From: Candidatus Poribacteria bacterium
Lineage (GTDB): Bacteria; Poribacteria; WGA-4E; PCPOR2b
Direction: 5' to 3'
Length of the DNA: 64,000 nt
Assembly: GCA_965198175.1 (NCBI GenBank)
Contig: OZ240245.1
Coordinates: forward strand, 1,216,001 to 1,280,000
Position numbers and translations under genes: made by a program. Each line of letters starts with the position of its first letter. Within the stretch, counting starts at the first letter, position 1. Below the pieces are notes generated by a model. It saw nothing but the letters and a program-made list of their open reading frames with translations, had not been told where the DNA came from and ran no database searches. This document shows, in pieces, positions 62,443 through 64,000 of the stretch.

Positions 62443-63222
62443 ATGAAACGGCTGCTTGAACTCAATGTTGTCTTGATTTTTCTCTTTCTTTACGCGCCAA
62501 TTTTGACGTTGATTGTTTTCTCGTTCAACACTTCTCAGCCAACTGCTGTTTGGGGACCACTGAGCTGGTACGCAAAGCTGTTTCACAACCGTGATTTGTG
62601 GCACGCGTGTCGAAACAGCCTCATTGTAGCGGGATGTTCAACCGTTATCGCAACCATCATTGGAACGATGGCTGCATTTGCAATTGAGAGATACCGTTTT
62701 CCACTTCGACTTGCCCTGACGAGAGTGCTCTTTCTCCCAATCATAATTCCGGACATTGTGATGGCGATTGCGCTCTTAACGTTTTATGTGCAGGTTCACA
62801 TTCCGCTAGGAATCGTTTCGATTATCGTCGCGCACGTTGCGTTCAGTATCTCTTATGTCACTATTGTTGTTCGTGCACGACTCAAAGGGTTCGATAGATC
62901 TTTCGAGGAAGCTGCCTTGGACCTCGGCGCGAACAGATGGCGCACATTCCGACATATCACCCTGCCGCTCATCGCACCGGGCGTCATTGGCGGCGCGCTG
63001 CTGGCGTTTACGCTTTCAATTGACGATTTTGTAATTACATTCTTTGCCGCAGGCGTCGGCTATACAACCCTACCTGTTCGTATCTACTCGATGCTAAAGT
63101 TCGGAATCACTCCAGAGCTTAACGCCATATCAACGCTGCTCCTGTTTAATTCAATCTGCTTTGTTCTCTTATCACTGAAGTTTCAAGGAAGAAGTGAGAA
63201 GACAGTGATGAGTAACGAGTGA
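62443..63222 (+). CDS. potC: Polyamine-type ABC transporter permease (PotC-like)
   Basis: FLYAPI..LIVFSFN, EAA loop FEEAALDLGA, LSIDDFVIT.F and TPELNAIST. Confidence 0.85.
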   Translation: MKRLLELNVVLIFLFLYAPILTLIVFSFNTSQPTAVWGPLSWYAKLFHNRDLWHACRNSLIVAGCSTVIATIIGTMAAFAIERYRFPLRLALTRVLFLPIIIPDIVMAIALLTFYVQVHIPLGIVSIIVAHVAFSISYVTIVVRARLKGFDRSFEEAALDLGANRWRTFRHITLPLIAPGVIGGALLAFTLSIDDFVITFFAAGVGYTTLPVRIYSMLKFGITPELNAISTLLLFNSICFVLLSLKFQGRSEKTVMSNE

Positions 63223-63324
63223 TTGGTTAAAAGTCTTTTGCTCGCCACTGTCTTTATTGCAACTGTTGCACCGACGCCTGACCAGTTGCCAGTAAAAACT
63301 GGTCACTCTCCACCAGTCACTGCC

Positions 63325-63720
63325 TTATTTATTTCCAAACACCCCGGCACGTGAAAGTGACCACACAATCCCAATGAACAAACCCACAGGGGACGCCATA
63401 ATGAGAACATAAAACAACCTGAACCCTAAGCCTGAGTTGAAAAAAACCTCTAATTCTGGTAGAGCTAACACTGCAAGAATCGTCACCAGAGCAACTATCA
63501 GACCCAGCACTGATGGCACAACAAAGGCAGTCCGCACCTCACGCCGCGGGATCGCCCAACTTATCCCAACAAGAAGACCAATACTAGCACCTATTATCAC
63601 CACCGCCAAAACCGCTGCATCGCCATAAACGACAAGCATGCAAACCACCCCCGCTATTGCGCCCCCAACCGTACACGTGAGAACCTTGAGTAACACTTTA
63701 CCGACCCTGCGAATACTCAT
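63325..63720 (-). CDS. Hypothetical four-TM membrane protein
   Basis: GGAGG RBS; four hydrophobic segments. Confidence 0.6.
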   Translation of the reverse strand: MSIRRVGKVLLKVLTCTVGGAIAGVVCMLVVYGDAAVLAVVIIGASIGLLVGISWAIPRREVRTAFVVPSVLGLIVALVTILAVLALPELEVFFNSGLGFRLFYVLIMASPVGLFIGIVWSLSRAGVFGNK

Positions 63721-63788
63721 CTCAACTGCCTCCCTTGTTGTTAGGGATTAAAGCCTAAAAAACATAAACGTCTCCCACTGACCGCGGG

Positions 63789-64000
63789 CTACTGGTCACT
63801 AGCGATAATCTCTGTGCCGATTCCCTCTGAAGTAAAAACTTCCAACAAGATTGCATGGCTGATTCGGCCATCGATTATATGCGTCTTGCTAACCCCGCGT
63901 TTGAGAGCTGTAACGCACGCTTCGACTTTCGGCAGCATACCGGTGCTGATGACACCGTCGGCGATTAGCTGTTCAATCTCATCAACTTGTACGGTCGAAA
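63789..64000 (-). CDS. argB: Acetylglutamate kinase, C-terminal part (5' end outside window)
   Basis: Translated by hand: [54 protein letters not shown]. Confidence 0.9.
   Translation of the reverse strand, partial: STVQVDEIEQLIADGVISTGMLPKVEACVTALKRGVSKTHIIDGRISHAILLEVFTSEGIGTEIIASDQ

Noticed and set aside
1..64000. rRNA, tRNA (including selC) or riboswitch
   Set aside because: None recognised by eye; tRNAscan-SE and Rfam scans are needed to exclude them.

Overview
Bacterial chromosomal DNA, about 50% GC by eye. The gene content points to a Candidatus Poribacteria-like (sponge-symbiont-type) genome, which is an inference: six LamG proteins ending in a ...KLTTxWGxIK tail, ECF sigma/beta-propeller fusions, PhyH dioxygenases and an ankyrin protein. 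Layout: (1) 1-13.7 kb, an accessory run of single genes (methyltransferase, GrpB, APH-like kinase, MBL fold, PHP hydrolase, TrmH methylase, ankyrin, PPase, AAC(3)); (2) 13.7-19.7 kb, two membrane-anchored ECF sigma factors with different propeller domains; (3) 22.3-24.2 kb, three tandem small membrane paralogues; (4) 24.4-45.6 kb, a LamG-rich sugar/sugar-acid catabolic region; (5) 45.9-64 kb, housekeeping and envelope genes, an IS5-family element, a large C25 (gingipain/PorU-like) protease and a MoxR remnant. Best finding: the ORFs at 11081-11872 and 11900-13063 are one in-frame gene split by a single TGA in the context ADEAC-TGA-GSGKGLR, followed by a bacterial-type SECIS hairpin. It is a 660-aa bacterial homologue of animal selenoprotein N with an extra duplicated C-terminal domain, flanked by two direct-repeat copies of a GIY-YIG/DUF123 gene. 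All family assignments come from motif recognition; no searches were run.
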